From: a virus | Virus record (IMG/VR): IMGVR_UViG_3300017761_005873 | Span: 1 to 64,000 of that record | Reading direction: 5' to 3' (one strand) | Length of the DNA stretch: 64,000 nt | Shown: positions 49,206 to 59,106 of the stretch, piece after piece | Position numbering within the stretch: the stretch's first letter is position 1 | Layout of the letters: the number at the start of each line of letters is the position of its first letter | Program-made: the position numbers and the translations under genes | The notes under the pieces: model-generated | The model's input: the letters and a program-made list of their open reading frames with translations, nothing else | The model's database searches: none | What the model was told of the DNA's origin: nothing

Positions 49206-49237
49206 TATAAATAGTTTCAATTTAATGCACTATTTAT
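49206..49237. promoter_or_regulatory. Divergent pair of putative late promoters (ACTATTTAT)
   Basis: ACTATTTATA on minus (49206-49215) before ATG 49191 and ACTATTTAT on plus (49229-49237) before ATG 49253. Confidence 0.6.
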
Positions 49238-49252
49238 TATAAAAAAACATAT

Positions 49253-50137
49253 ATGAAATCCATTTCAGAAGTTTGGTTACCACAGATTAAGGAAGAAAAT
49301 GTTAATGAAATCCTTCAAGAATTAAAAGATAGCGGTGTTATTGTAAAAAATGTTCTTGTTGAACCAAGTTATTTAAAACCACTTCAAAAGAAAGTTACCA
49401 AACATAAAATTGATGAAATAAATCAACTTGTTGATAATGATTCATATCTTCCTAAAACATGGGTTGATGCTAATAATAATATTTTAGATGGTCATCATAG
49501 AGCATATGTTTATCAAACAAGACCCGATATATCAAAAGTTGAGTGTTTTAAAATATTTTTAAATTCAAATGATGCTTGCAGATTATTAAATAAAATTCAA
49601 GATAGAATTGAATTTAAAAAAGAATATAATATTACTGAACCAACCTCATATAGTATGTTTAATCCTTTAGAAAGGGAAATATCAAACATAAATCAACCAA
49701 AAGCAAAATACTTAGGTAAAGATTCTGAACAAGACTTACAGCAAGAAGATGCTACACAAAATAATTTAACATTTGATGATGTTACAAATAAAACTTGTAC
49801 TCTTTATTCAGTAAGACCTTTTGATAAAGGAAATACTTCAGGATTTATTATGTCATTTACAAAAGATAAAGGATATGATAAAGAATATGAAATACTTTTT
49901 GATAAGGTATTGAATGTACCAAAAGAAGAAATGGATTTATATGAACCATTTTATTTAGCAGGTATGTATATCCTTGACCCTAATTTTGAAAAAGAACCAA
50001 GTAAGATTAAAAAAATGGCTTCTGATGTAAACAAAGTTTATGCTGAATTTATTAAAGATAGATTAAATGGTTTTGCAAAAAGAGCAGGTTATGATGGTAT
50101 AAACTTTGGGGATAAATTAATGTTAATTATTACATAA
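49253..50137 (+). CDS. ParB/Srx-like N-terminal domain protein
   Basis: LKPLQ and NNILDGHHRA motifs. Confidence 0.65.
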   Translation: MKSISEVWLPQIKEENVNEILQELKDSGVIVKNVLVEPSYLKPLQKKVTKHKIDEINQLVDNDSYLPKTWVDANNNILDGHHRAYVYQTRPDISKVECFKIFLNSNDACRLLNKIQDRIEFKKEYNITEPTSYSMFNPLEREISNINQPKAKYLGKDSEQDLQQEDATQNNLTFDDVTNKTCTLYSVRPFDKGNTSGFIMSFTKDKGYDKEYEILFDKVLNVPKEEMDLYEPFYLAGMYILDPNFEKEPSKIKKMASDVNKVYAEFIKDRLNGFAKRAGYDGINFGDKLMLIIT

Positions 50138-50529
50138 TGGCAAATAATAAAACGATATCAATAGCATTTCCATTTAGAGATGATGGAATAGATGGTAAAT
50201 TATTAAAGATGAATACCACAAGTCTTGATGATATTCGTTCTTCATTATATTTCTTTGTTACAACTAAAAAAGGAGAAAGATGGTATGACCCTGATTTTGG
50301 AACAAGACTATATGAATTTCTTTTTGAAAAAAATGATATGATTGTTGCATCAGAAATAAAAGAATCATTAAAAAAAGATATTGAAAAATATTTTAAAAAC
50401 TTATTAATTGAAGATATTACAATTGACCAAACAGAAAATACAAATACTTTAAATCTAAATATTGATTTTTTATATACAAATCTATACACAACTACATCAG
50501 ATAATATTTCAATATCTTTTAATGCATAA
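50137..50529 (+). CDS. Baseplate wedge protein, gp25-like
   Basis: IAFPF...TKKGERWYDPDFGTRLYEFLFE motif. Confidence 0.88.
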   Translation: MANNKTISIAFPFRDDGIDGKLLKMNTTSLDDIRSSLYFFVTTKKGERWYDPDFGTRLYEFLFEKNDMIVASEIKESLKKDIEKYFKNLLIEDITIDQTENTNTLNLNIDFLYTNLYTTTSDNISISFNA

Positions 50530-50565
50530 CATTTTATCGTATTTTAAGTAAATTGTACTTAATTT

Positions 50566-51969
50566 ATGAAAAAACCAAGAATTTTGATTACCAACATGGA
50601 TGTTCATGGTGTTAATTTTTATCGCTCTGAACAACCTGCAATATCTTTATCAAAACTTTATGATGATGAATTTGAAATTGATTATATTAAAAATATAAAT
50701 TGGAATGACGATGAATTTTTAAAACAATATGATATTATTCATGGTCATAGAACTCTTTGTGATTTTTCTCAAATGCCAATGCTTGTTGATAAACTTCATT
50801 CATTTGGAGTTAAAGTAATTCTTGATATTGATGATTATTGGGAAGTATCAAGAGAACATCCTCTTTATCATGCCGTTAAAAAAGATAATCTAAAAGATAA
50901 AATTGTTGGTAATTTAAAAATTGTTGATGCTGTTTCAACCACAACATCTGTTTACGCAGATTATATTAAACCATATAATAAAAATATTTTAATAATTCCA
51001 AATGGTGTTAATAGAAATTTAAAAGAATGGATTCCTGCTAATGATAAATGCTCATATGATAAAATGAGAATTCTTTATCTTGCAGGTTCATCTCACCTAC
51101 AAGATGTTTCACTTTTAAAAGATAGTTTTGAAAGGCTTGTAAGCGATACATCATTAACAGATAAGTTTCAGGTTCATCTTTCAGGTTTTGACCTTAGAGG
51201 TACGACTACAAATTATATTGTTAATGAAGAATTTATTAAAGAAATGCAATCAATGGGTCTTTTTAATGAACATGTTTATAAAAAACTTGTTGCAAATAAT
51301 TTTGATATTGTTAATACACCTGAAATTCCAAGAGAACTTGTTCAAAAATATAATGGAAAGGTATTAGATGAACAAACTAGACCAATTAATCCTCAAGAAA
51401 CGGTTTGGACAAGATATGAAGAAATATTTACTTCAAATTATAAACTTATTAAAGATAAAGATTACTATGATTTTCTAATGAAGTTTGATTTGGATGCTGT
51501 TTATGAAAAACAATCTGAACAAAACTATTTTAGACATAAAACTCAAGGTCTTTATAAATTTGCTGCAAATTATAAACATGGTGATGTGGCACTTGCACCA
51601 ATTAAAGTTTATGGTAAAGGTGTTATGGATGATAATTCTGATAATCGTTATCAATTTGCTAAATCAAATCTTAAAATTATTGAAGCAGCTTTTCATAAAG
51701 TTCCTGTAATTGCCTCTGATGTTCCAATTTATAATCACGATAAGGATTGGGTTGATGGAAAAAATATTTTATTTTTAAATCCTGATAGACAATATAAAGA
51801 TTGGTATAAAAAGATTAAATATTGCATCAATAATCCAAACCATGTTAAGGATATGGGTGAAGCAGCTTATGAATTGGCTTGTAAAAGATATGACATAGAT
51901 GTTCTAAGCCATACTAGAGCAGATTTTTATAGAGGTTTAATTAAACAAGAACAACCCGAATTGGTTTAG
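50566..51969 (+). CDS. GT-B (GT4-like) glycosyltransferase
   Basis: GVNFYR, DIDDYW, IIPNG, GSSH..D, DVALAP, KSNLKIIEA and PVIASD motifs. Confidence 0.82.
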   Translation: MKKPRILITNMDVHGVNFYRSEQPAISLSKLYDDEFEIDYIKNINWNDDEFLKQYDIIHGHRTLCDFSQMPMLVDKLHSFGVKVILDIDDYWEVSREHPLYHAVKKDNLKDKIVGNLKIVDAVSTTTSVYADYIKPYNKNILIIPNGVNRNLKEWIPANDKCSYDKMRILYLAGSSHLQDVSLLKDSFERLVSDTSLTDKFQVHLSGFDLRGTTTNYIVNEEFIKEMQSMGLFNEHVYKKLVANNFDIVNTPEIPRELVQKYNGKVLDEQTRPINPQETVWTRYEEIFTSNYKLIKDKDYYDFLMKFDLDAVYEKQSEQNYFRHKTQGLYKFAANYKHGDVALAPIKVYGKGVMDDNSDNRYQFAKSNLKIIEAAFHKVPVIASDVPIYNHDKDWVDGKNILFLNPDRQYKDWYKKIKYCINNPNHVKDMGEAAYELACKRYDIDVLSHTRADFYRGLIKQEQPELV

Positions 51970-52310
51970 GATGGTGAATTTCCATCAATCACATTTGGGT
52001 CTAAAGGATTTGGTGTATAAGGTTGACCTGTTTCAATATTATTTCTATTAATATAATTTTTATGAAAAATTATTGAACTAATGAAAGCAAAATCTTCTAA
52101 CAATAAAGTATGGTCAATTTCTTTCTTTTCAAACATTATTTGAATTGCTTTGACATGAAACCAAACAACCATAACAAATAAAACAGCAGCTAAAAATCTA
52201 CTTAATGAGAATTTTTTAGAATTACTATCTCTAAAAGAATCAAATAAAATTTTATAAAGAAATTTAACAAAAGCATTTTCTGCTAATATATTAAAGAAAG
52301 AATTAAACAT
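51966..52310 (-). CDS. Small membrane protein (holin-like)
   Basis: Probable ATG 52310 (track start 52382). DSNSKKFSLSRFLAAVLFVMVVWF is a hydrophobic segment. Late motif upstream. Confidence 0.45.
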   Translation of the reverse strand: MFNSFFNILAENAFVKFLYKILFDSFRDSNSKKFSLSRFLAAVLFVMVVWFHVKAIQIMFEKKEIDHTLLLEDFAFISSIIFHKNYINRNNIETGQPYTPNPLDPNVIDGNSPS

Positions 52311-52316
52311 AATCGA

Positions 52317-52335
52317 ACTATTTATTATAAATAGT
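52317..52335. promoter_or_regulatory. Back-to-back putative late promoter palindrome ACTATTTATTATAAATAGT
   Basis: Lies between divergent ATGs 52310(-) and 52342(+). Same core as 15387-15403. Confidence 0.62.
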
Positions 52336-52341
52336 ATTCCA

Positions 52342-54399
52342 ATGAGTTTTATACAGAAAAACGATGCAGTTGTAATAAACACAAAACTTACAAATAAAGG
52401 TAGGTTATTACTCGCCTCTGGCGGTTTAACATTTAAAAAAATTGAATTTGGTGATTCAGAAGTTGATTACAATTTTTTAAGAGATTTTAATAGTGTAATT
52501 ACTGGTAAAGATTTATCAATAATGCGCCCAAAAGATTCTAATCCTAATATTAAGTATCCAATACCTATAACAGATGGCGTATTAAATGTTACAAAAACAG
52601 ATATTACTACAATTAATACTGATACTAGATTGATTATTAATACTGCAAAAGAAAGAGGTTTTTTTACAGGCTCAACATCACAAGGATTTACAGCATTTAC
52701 ATCAAGTACATATATTCAAAATTTTGTTACTGTATCAACTAGTGCTGTAACAGGTGGAACTGTTATTACACTACCATCTGTAACAAATATCACAGCAGGT
52801 ACAATGTTATTAATTGATTGGAGAAATCCAAAATTAACCACCTTTACAAGTTTAACAGGTGCTATTGGTGAATCATATCCAAGACAATTCCTTTGGTATA
52901 AAGTTCAATCAGTTGCAGGTAGTAATGTTACAGTTGATAGAACATTACCTAATTTTAATACTGCTACAACAAAAAATAAAAGTATTGTTTATGTATACCC
53001 ACCAAATAATGCAATTGATAATTATTACAGTACAGGAACAACAGTAAGTTATTGGAATTATAATACTTTATCATTTGATTCAACATGTAATATTGGTTCA
53101 AATGATGATGTCGCTGTATGGAATTTAAATATTGTATATAGAGACACACCTGCTGGTGTACCAAATAGTTATTTCTCACAATATTATGATGGTGCAATTT
53201 TTTCAGGATTCAAAGAATATATTCATGGATATACAACTAATAATAAAAAATCTCAAATAGCAATCATACATTATACAAATAATTCAATATCAAACTATTA
53301 TGGTGAAGCTTTTTATAATGATACATTTAAATTAACATTACCAACCATAATGTATCACGGTAAATTAAATGCAACAATGGGTATTGTTTTATCATCTACA
53401 ACAAAACAAGTTTATCCAACAACATTAACAGGATTTACAACCACATTTTATGATTTAATAGAAACCACATCTGGAAATAAAGTTGGTAAAGTATTTAATG
53501 ATTTAAAAATTGCAGTAATTGAAGATGAAGAATTGGTAAATGTACTTGCTCTTAAAAGTGATAGGTCACACACGCTACCATCACCAGAATGGTCTTTAAC
53601 ACCTGCAACAACAGATATATTATTACCAAAATATACATCAACACCAACACAATATCTTGCATTAACATATTTATTTACAAATGAAAACATTTCAAATAAT
53701 GGATACAACACAGCTAGAAGTTATGGATTAAGAGGTGGTATTCATTGTGGTTACATTAAATATTTTGACCAAAATTTAACAACAGGACAAAATGTAAGAT
53801 TTACTTTTATTGATAGTGATTTAAAATTCATGAAATCTGATATTTCAGGAGCAGATGGAACAGGTTTCAATGCTAATAAATTTTATATTTTAGCACAAAA
53901 GGTAACAAATGGAACAGAACCTAACCCTGCAAGTTGGAAATTAATTGATTATACACCAGAATTACTTAATGTTAATAGTTGGACATCTACAACAATGCCT
54001 ATATCGGCATTAACTGGTAGAGTATATACATTAACAAATAGTCATTATACTGCGAGTACAAATACATATGATTTAACAAATTTTATTGGAACATTACCAA
54101 CATCTAGCAATTGGTCATCAACACCACAATTAGGATTTGGTGAAGAAAGTATATTTTTAGGAAATGTTAATACAAACATACAAGCAACAGTATACAAAAC
54201 AAGTTTTAAACAAACTTTAGGATTTAGTAATTATAATTCATCAATTAATCCAACATGGACATCAGGTGATGATGTATATATTACTGAAGCAGCAATTTAT
54301 GATACATTTGATGAATTGGTTGCAGTTGGTAAGTTAAATAATCCAGTTAAAAAGAATACCAATAAGTTATTTACAATAGAATTAGATATGGATTTTTAA
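52342..54399 (+). CDS. Baseplate/tail-collar structural protein
   Basis: N-terminal KLTNKGRLLLASG...FGDSEVDY and C-terminal VYITEAAIYD..DELVAVGKL..PVKK, both tail-collar-like motifs. Confidence 0.65.
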   Translation: MSFIQKNDAVVINTKLTNKGRLLLASGGLTFKKIEFGDSEVDYNFLRDFNSVITGKDLSIMRPKDSNPNIKYPIPITDGVLNVTKTDITTINTDTRLIINTAKERGFFTGSTSQGFTAFTSSTYIQNFVTVSTSAVTGGTVITLPSVTNITAGTMLLIDWRNPKLTTFTSLTGAIGESYPRQFLWYKVQSVAGSNVTVDRTLPNFNTATTKNKSIVYVYPPNNAIDNYYSTGTTVSYWNYNTLSFDSTCNIGSNDDVAVWNLNIVYRDTPAGVPNSYFSQYYDGAIFSGFKEYIHGYTTNNKKSQIAIIHYTNNSISNYYGEAFYNDTFKLTLPTIMYHGKLNATMGIVLSSTTKQVYPTTLTGFTTTFYDLIETTSGNKVGKVFNDLKIAVIEDEELVNVLALKSDRSHTLPSPEWSLTPATTDILLPKYTSTPTQYLALTYLFTNENISNNGYNTARSYGLRGGIHCGYIKYFDQNLTTGQNVRFTFIDSDLKFMKSDISGADGTGFNANKFYILAQKVTNGTEPNPASWKLIDYTPELLNVNSWTSTTMPISALTGRVYTLTNSHYTASTNTYDLTNFIGTLPTSSNWSSTPQLGFGEESIFLGNVNTNIQATVYKTSFKQTLGFSNYNSSINPTWTSGDDVYITEAAIYDTFDELVAVGKLNNPVKKNTNKLFTIELDMDF

Positions 54400-54400
54400 T

Positions 54401-55366
54401 ATGGGATATTTACCAAGTTCATCAACACGCACTTTATATGCTTATTTAACACAAAAAGGAAGATACAACTTACTTTTTTCATCAGCAACTGCATCTACGG
54501 TAACATACTTTAGTTTACATGACGATGATATTAATTATAGAATTACATCAAAAAAAATAAGTACTCAATTTAATAAATTACCAAAAGGATTTGTTCCTGA
54601 CATTACAGGTGATGGATTTGATAATGATTGTATTATAAGTGTTTCACAAGCACATATTGTTGATGATTTAAATTATTTAATCTATACAGGAGTCTCATCA
54701 CCACCCGAACCACCCGAACCACCCGAACCACCCGAACCACCTCAATCTAGATTTTTATTTTTAGAATTTGATTTCCCAACTAATTACATAAATAGTCCTA
54801 ATGATATATGGGAGCATAGGAAAAAATTAGTTAATGGAAATTTTGTTGATACAGTAAAATTTGGTGAAAATGTTATTATTTATCCAAATAATGGTGCTAC
54901 ACAACCTATTGGTAATTATGATTCTAGATTTAGTCTTACTTTAAGAACAGCACCAGGAGATACAACACCAATAACACAACAAGAAAAGGATGCAGCAACA
55001 TTTACTTTGACAAATACTGCACCACCCAACGTAGCATATTCCAACCCTAATTTCCCTCAAGGTGTTTTTCAAAATAAATTTAGTTCATTTATTAACGAAG
55101 TTCATTTTTTTAATGATAGTCAATATCCTGCAAGGTTTGGAACAATGCCAATTAATTATAGTTTTAGTAATGTAACACAAAATAGTTCATCTATAAATTT
55201 AAAAGATATTTTTCTCCTTATAAGTGATGGATTACTTTTTAATAATGAAAATGATTTTTTACCTTTTCAATTTACTTTGACAGTATCATCAACCAATCCA
55301 AATATAATTATTAATAGTAATAAAAATAGTTATACATATAAAGCCAGGTTAATAAATCAAGTTTAA
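54401..55366 (+). CDS. Putative fibre/receptor-binding protein, paralog 1
   Basis: Conserved N-module LYAYLTQKGR...YFSLHDDDINY...GFVPDITGD, followed by a PPE linker. Confidence 0.6.
   Translation: MGYLPSSSTRTLYAYLTQKGRYNLLFSSATASTVTYFSLHDDDINYRITSKKISTQFNKLPKGFVPDITGDGFDNDCIISVSQAHIVDDLNYLIYTGVSSPPEPPEPPEPPEPPQSRFLFLEFDFPTNYINSPNDIWEHRKKLVNGNFVDTVKFGENVIIYPNNGATQPIGNYDSRFSLTLRTAPGDTTPITQQEKDAATFTLTNTAPPNVAYSNPNFPQGVFQNKFSSFINEVHFFNDSQYPARFGTMPINYSFSNVTQNSSSINLKDIFLLISDGLLFNNENDFLPFQFTLTVSSTNPNIIINSNKNSYTYKARLINQV
54701..54740 (+). repeat. 9-bp tandem repeat (CCACCCGAA)x4 encoding a PPE linker
   Basis: ccacccgaaccacccgaaccacccgaaccacccgaaccac read directly from the sequence. Confidence 0.92.
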
Positions 55367-55369
55367 AAT

Positions 55370-56194
55370 ATGGGTTTTGTAACAAGTTCATCAACAATTC
55401 AACTATATGCATATTTAACACAATATGCAAGAGAAAGAATTTTTAATGGTGATACTAACGAATTTCAAGCAAAATATTTTAGTTTACATGATGAAGATGT
55501 AAACTATAAAATCACATCAAATTTAGATGGTACAATTAATCAACCACTAACAAGTGGTTTCATACCCGATATCACAGGTGACCCTGATAATTGTATAAAA
55601 AGTATGGTTAGTAAAGTTTTAACTAAAAATATGTTAGTTGGTACAACACAAATAATATCACCTGTAGCAGGATGTACTGACCCAGATGCTACTAATTATA
55701 ATTCAGCAGCAATAATTGATAATGGAAGCTGTATATATGCACCATCTCCACCATCTAGTAGAATATTAACAATAGGTTTTCAAAATAATACAAACACACC
55801 AATAGATGATTATTCAACACCACCAAATAAAAAGAACTTTAGTTATGTTTTAAATATCAACCTATTACAAAATGCTGGTGAACCAAATCCAACTACATCA
55901 GAAATAAATACAACTTCATTTATTATTGAATTAGTAGAACCACCATTAGGAGATGCTATTTTAACTAGTAGTATTCAAGTTGGTAATAAATCATTACCTG
56001 CAACAATTAATTTTACAAGTTCTTCAAATTTACAAACTTTATTAACATTTAGTAGAGATATAAATCATAATCCAGAACCATCCGAAGTTGAACCTGCTCA
56101 AATAAAATTGAGATTAATATCAACAAACTCAAATAGAGCAATTGACCCAATAAAACAGATATTTACATACAGAGCAAATATTTATTCAGCATAA
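55370..56194 (+). CDS. Putative fibre/receptor-binding protein, paralog 2
   Basis: Same N-module, plus the GCTDPDATNYNSAAIIDNGSC motif seen in Bacteroidota surface proteins. Confidence 0.6.
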   Translation: MGFVTSSSTIQLYAYLTQYARERIFNGDTNEFQAKYFSLHDEDVNYKITSNLDGTINQPLTSGFIPDITGDPDNCIKSMVSKVLTKNMLVGTTQIISPVAGCTDPDATNYNSAAIIDNGSCIYAPSPPSSRILTIGFQNNTNTPIDDYSTPPNKKNFSYVLNINLLQNAGEPNPTTSEINTTSFIIELVEPPLGDAILTSSIQVGNKSLPATINFTSSSNLQTLLTFSRDINHNPEPSEVEPAQIKLRLISTNSNRAIDPIKQIFTYRANIYSA

Positions 56195-56195
56195 C

Positions 56196-57653
56196 ATGGG
56201 ATACATACAACAATCAAATACAAAAAAAATATATGCCTATCTTACACAGACAGGTAAAGAAAAAATTATTACAGGTGAAACTAAAGATTTTTTAATAAAA
56301 TATTTTACTTTGCATGATGAAGATATAAATTACAAAATTGGTTCAAAAAAAAGTGGAACAACATATAATGTTCCTAAAAGTGGATTTATACCTGATATTA
56401 CAGGTGATTATAATTTATGTTTACCAAATATATCAGATGCAACTTTTTTAGAAAAAAATATGTTGATATATGAAATTCAAACCCAAAAAACATATTCAAT
56501 AACACCAGATAAAACTAATGTTTTTGAAACAGAAAGTGTTACATATACAATAACAACTCAAAATGTAGCGGATGGAACAGTATTATATTGGTCATTCCAA
56601 GGTACTGCAAGTGCATCAGATTTTACTGAAAATACAGATAATGGTTCTGTTACAATTATATCAAATACTGCTAATTTTACTCTAAATGTTAAACAAGATA
56701 ATACAATAGAAAACGATGAAAGTGTAACTATGTATTTAAAAGATTCGACAGGAATTAATTTAGCAGCATCAACAACTGTCTTCTTAAAAGATAAACCAAT
56801 ACCTATTGCAACAGCAAATGTTATTAATCAATGTAGTGGTAGTAAACAATTTTTATATGTTGAAAATCCTAGTAGTGGTTCAGGTCCTCCTTACACATGG
56901 AAAGTTGTAGCTGTAGATATAAATAACATTCCAATTACATTTCCAATAGTAGGAAACATACCCTTAAATTGGGCAAGTATTAAAACAATACCTCCTTCAC
57001 CTGTTGATAATGCACTTTTATTAGAAACAAATTATAATAATACTGATATTTATTATAATGTTTATTTATATGATAGTAATAATACTGAATATTTTTTACT
57101 AAAAACAACAATTTGTGTACCTCCAGTTGGACCTAAAACATATTTATTAACAGCACCATCAACTGAATTAGCCACTTCTGATGTTATTGGTAGTTATTTT
57201 TCAGGAAATTTTATTACTCAATTTCCATCCGCAACTGCTAATTTTGAATTATCCATTAAAGATAATGATAATACTCAATTAACACCTACCGAATTAGGTA
57301 ATATAGTTTATAGATTTATAAAGAAAGATTATAGTAATCCAAAATGGCTTTATGTTGATTTTGATTTTAATAATGTTGGCATAGTTGGTGAAGGATATGG
57401 TGGTAGTTTTTGGAATTTTGCAAATGCAACTAATCCTAGCGGTGATTTAACAAATTATATACTACCATTTACTATAGATATACGCAGAACTAGTTATGAA
57501 CTAGAAAAACCATTTAGTAGACCACTAGCACAGGCTGTCGTAAATAATGCTTTATATGAGTTTACAGTTTTAGTAGAGGGTACGAACACCAACTTCAATA
57601 ATTCAATTGATACAATTAGTATGCGTATATATACCTATACTTGGGTAGGTTAA
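56196..57653 (+). CDS. Putative fibre/receptor-binding protein, paralog 3, with Calx-beta/Ig-like domain
   Basis: Same N-module. VFETESVTYTITT-NV-DGT-LYW...DF...GSVTI...DNTIE-DE is a Calx-beta-like pattern. Confidence 0.6.
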   Translation: MGYIQQSNTKKIYAYLTQTGKEKIITGETKDFLIKYFTLHDEDINYKIGSKKSGTTYNVPKSGFIPDITGDYNLCLPNISDATFLEKNMLIYEIQTQKTYSITPDKTNVFETESVTYTITTQNVADGTVLYWSFQGTASASDFTENTDNGSVTIISNTANFTLNVKQDNTIENDESVTMYLKDSTGINLAASTTVFLKDKPIPIATANVINQCSGSKQFLYVENPSSGSGPPYTWKVVAVDINNIPITFPIVGNIPLNWASIKTIPPSPVDNALLLETNYNNTDIYYNVYLYDSNNTEYFLLKTTICVPPVGPKTYLLTAPSTELATSDVIGSYFSGNFITQFPSATANFELSIKDNDNTQLTPTELGNIVYRFIKKDYSNPKWLYVDFDFNNVGIVGEGYGGSFWNFANATNPSGDLTNYILPFTIDIRRTSYELEKPFSRPLAQAVVNNALYEFTVLVEGTNTNFNNSIDTISMRIYTYTWVG

Positions 57654-57683
57654 TAATTACTATTTATAATAAAAAATATCAAT

Positions 57684-59090
57684 ATGGCAATAGTAAACGG
57701 ATTAAAACCAATAGAATCACAAGCAGCTAGTTTTCAAAAAACAATTTATAATAGTACATCAAATTTAAGCGGTAATAAACTATTATATACATATGCTGAA
57801 AGAAACAAAACCACAACACCATATGGAAATTTGTTTAGGTCTTTTAATTTTCCAATAACTAGTGATGAAATTACAACATTTAATGGAAATTACATAGATA
57901 CCGCATTAGAATATTTAAATGTTGATAAAATTATTGTTGTTGAAATACCAAAAGGTGAGTACGGTGAATTAATTGATGGTAAAACATTTCAATTAACACT
58001 ACCAGTTACATTAAACAACATTAAAACTGCAACAACAGTTTATGGAACATATTTTGGTTATAATGGATTAGGTGGTACTTCATTTATTAGAAATTTAGAT
58101 AAACAATTATCAGAAAAAAATTCTAATTATTTTGGTTTTACACCAAGTGCTGAGAATGATTACAATACAAATGTAACATTTTTATATTGTAATGATGTTA
58201 TCAATGGAAGACCAAAAAATAAAGGTGATATGGTTACTATTTTAACAGCAACCACATTTACTATAAATAATCCTGCAAATAATAAATATACATTTACAAC
58301 TGTAACTTTTAGTACAAATGATTTAATAAAAATTGAAATAACACCAAGTAATAATACTTCTGATATTAAATTTATAATTGATGGTTATGAATACCCAATA
58401 AATTCTACTGATTTTGTTAATATAACACAACCAGGTATTACATCAGTTAATCCACAATTATACCAAATTGGTAATCCAGTTCTATCAAAAGATATAACAG
58501 TAACTATAAAACAAATTATTAATTATGATTTGTCTTGGGATGCTTGGTCACCAACAAATAAATTTCCAACAGTTGAAGCAGATGAAACTAAAAAAATATA
58601 TGCAGCATATGATGGTGTTATATTAAATAATGCTTTTTTAAAGTATTACGATAAACCTGTAGGTATTTTATATAACGATAAAGGATTTGCTGTAATAACT
58701 GACCCTACATTAGTATCAGGTTTTACATATTCAGCAGGTACAAGTTCAGGATTTAATACAATTCCATCAGGAAGTCCGTATAATAGTGGTATTGATTTTG
58801 CAAAAATTTATTTTACATCTTCAACATTATCAAATTCACAATTTGATTCAATTACAACAGAGTTTGTTCAAAATATTATTTGTATAGCAGGTGCTAATGA
58901 ATTTGTATCAACAACAAACACATCATATCAAGATGCTTACGATATTAATTCAACAGATAAACCAACATTTATAACATCTATTGGGTTATATAATGAAGCA
59001 CAAGAATTAATTGGTATTGCAAAAGTAAGTGAACCCATAAAAAAATTACCATCTAATATAGTACCGTTTAATATTAGATTAATAATTTAA
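57684..59090 (+). CDS. Baseplate/tail structural protein
   Basis: YGELIDGK, VGILYNDKG and C-terminal FITSIGLYN..ELIGIAKVSEPIKK, the same motif that ends 52342-54399. Confidence 0.62.
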   Translation: MAIVNGLKPIESQAASFQKTIYNSTSNLSGNKLLYTYAERNKTTTPYGNLFRSFNFPITSDEITTFNGNYIDTALEYLNVDKIIVVEIPKGEYGELIDGKTFQLTLPVTLNNIKTATTVYGTYFGYNGLGGTSFIRNLDKQLSEKNSNYFGFTPSAENDYNTNVTFLYCNDVINGRPKNKGDMVTILTATTFTINNPANNKYTFTTVTFSTNDLIKIEITPSNNTSDIKFIIDGYEYPINSTDFVNITQPGITSVNPQLYQIGNPVLSKDITVTIKQIINYDLSWDAWSPTNKFPTVEADETKKIYAAYDGVILNNAFLKYYDKPVGILYNDKGFAVITDPTLVSGFTYSAGTSSGFNTIPSGSPYNSGIDFAKIYFTSSTLSNSQFDSITTEFVQNIICIAGANEFVSTTNTSYQDAYDINSTDKPTFITSIGLYNEAQELIGIAKVSEPIKKLPSNIVPFNIRLII

Positions 59091-59106
59091 TATCGTATTA
59101 TATTAT

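Noticed and set aside
54401-57653. Diversity-generating retroelement or invertible shufflon acting on the fibre paralogs
   Set aside because: No reverse transcriptase, recombinase, TR/VR pair or flanking inverted repeats are seen in the window.
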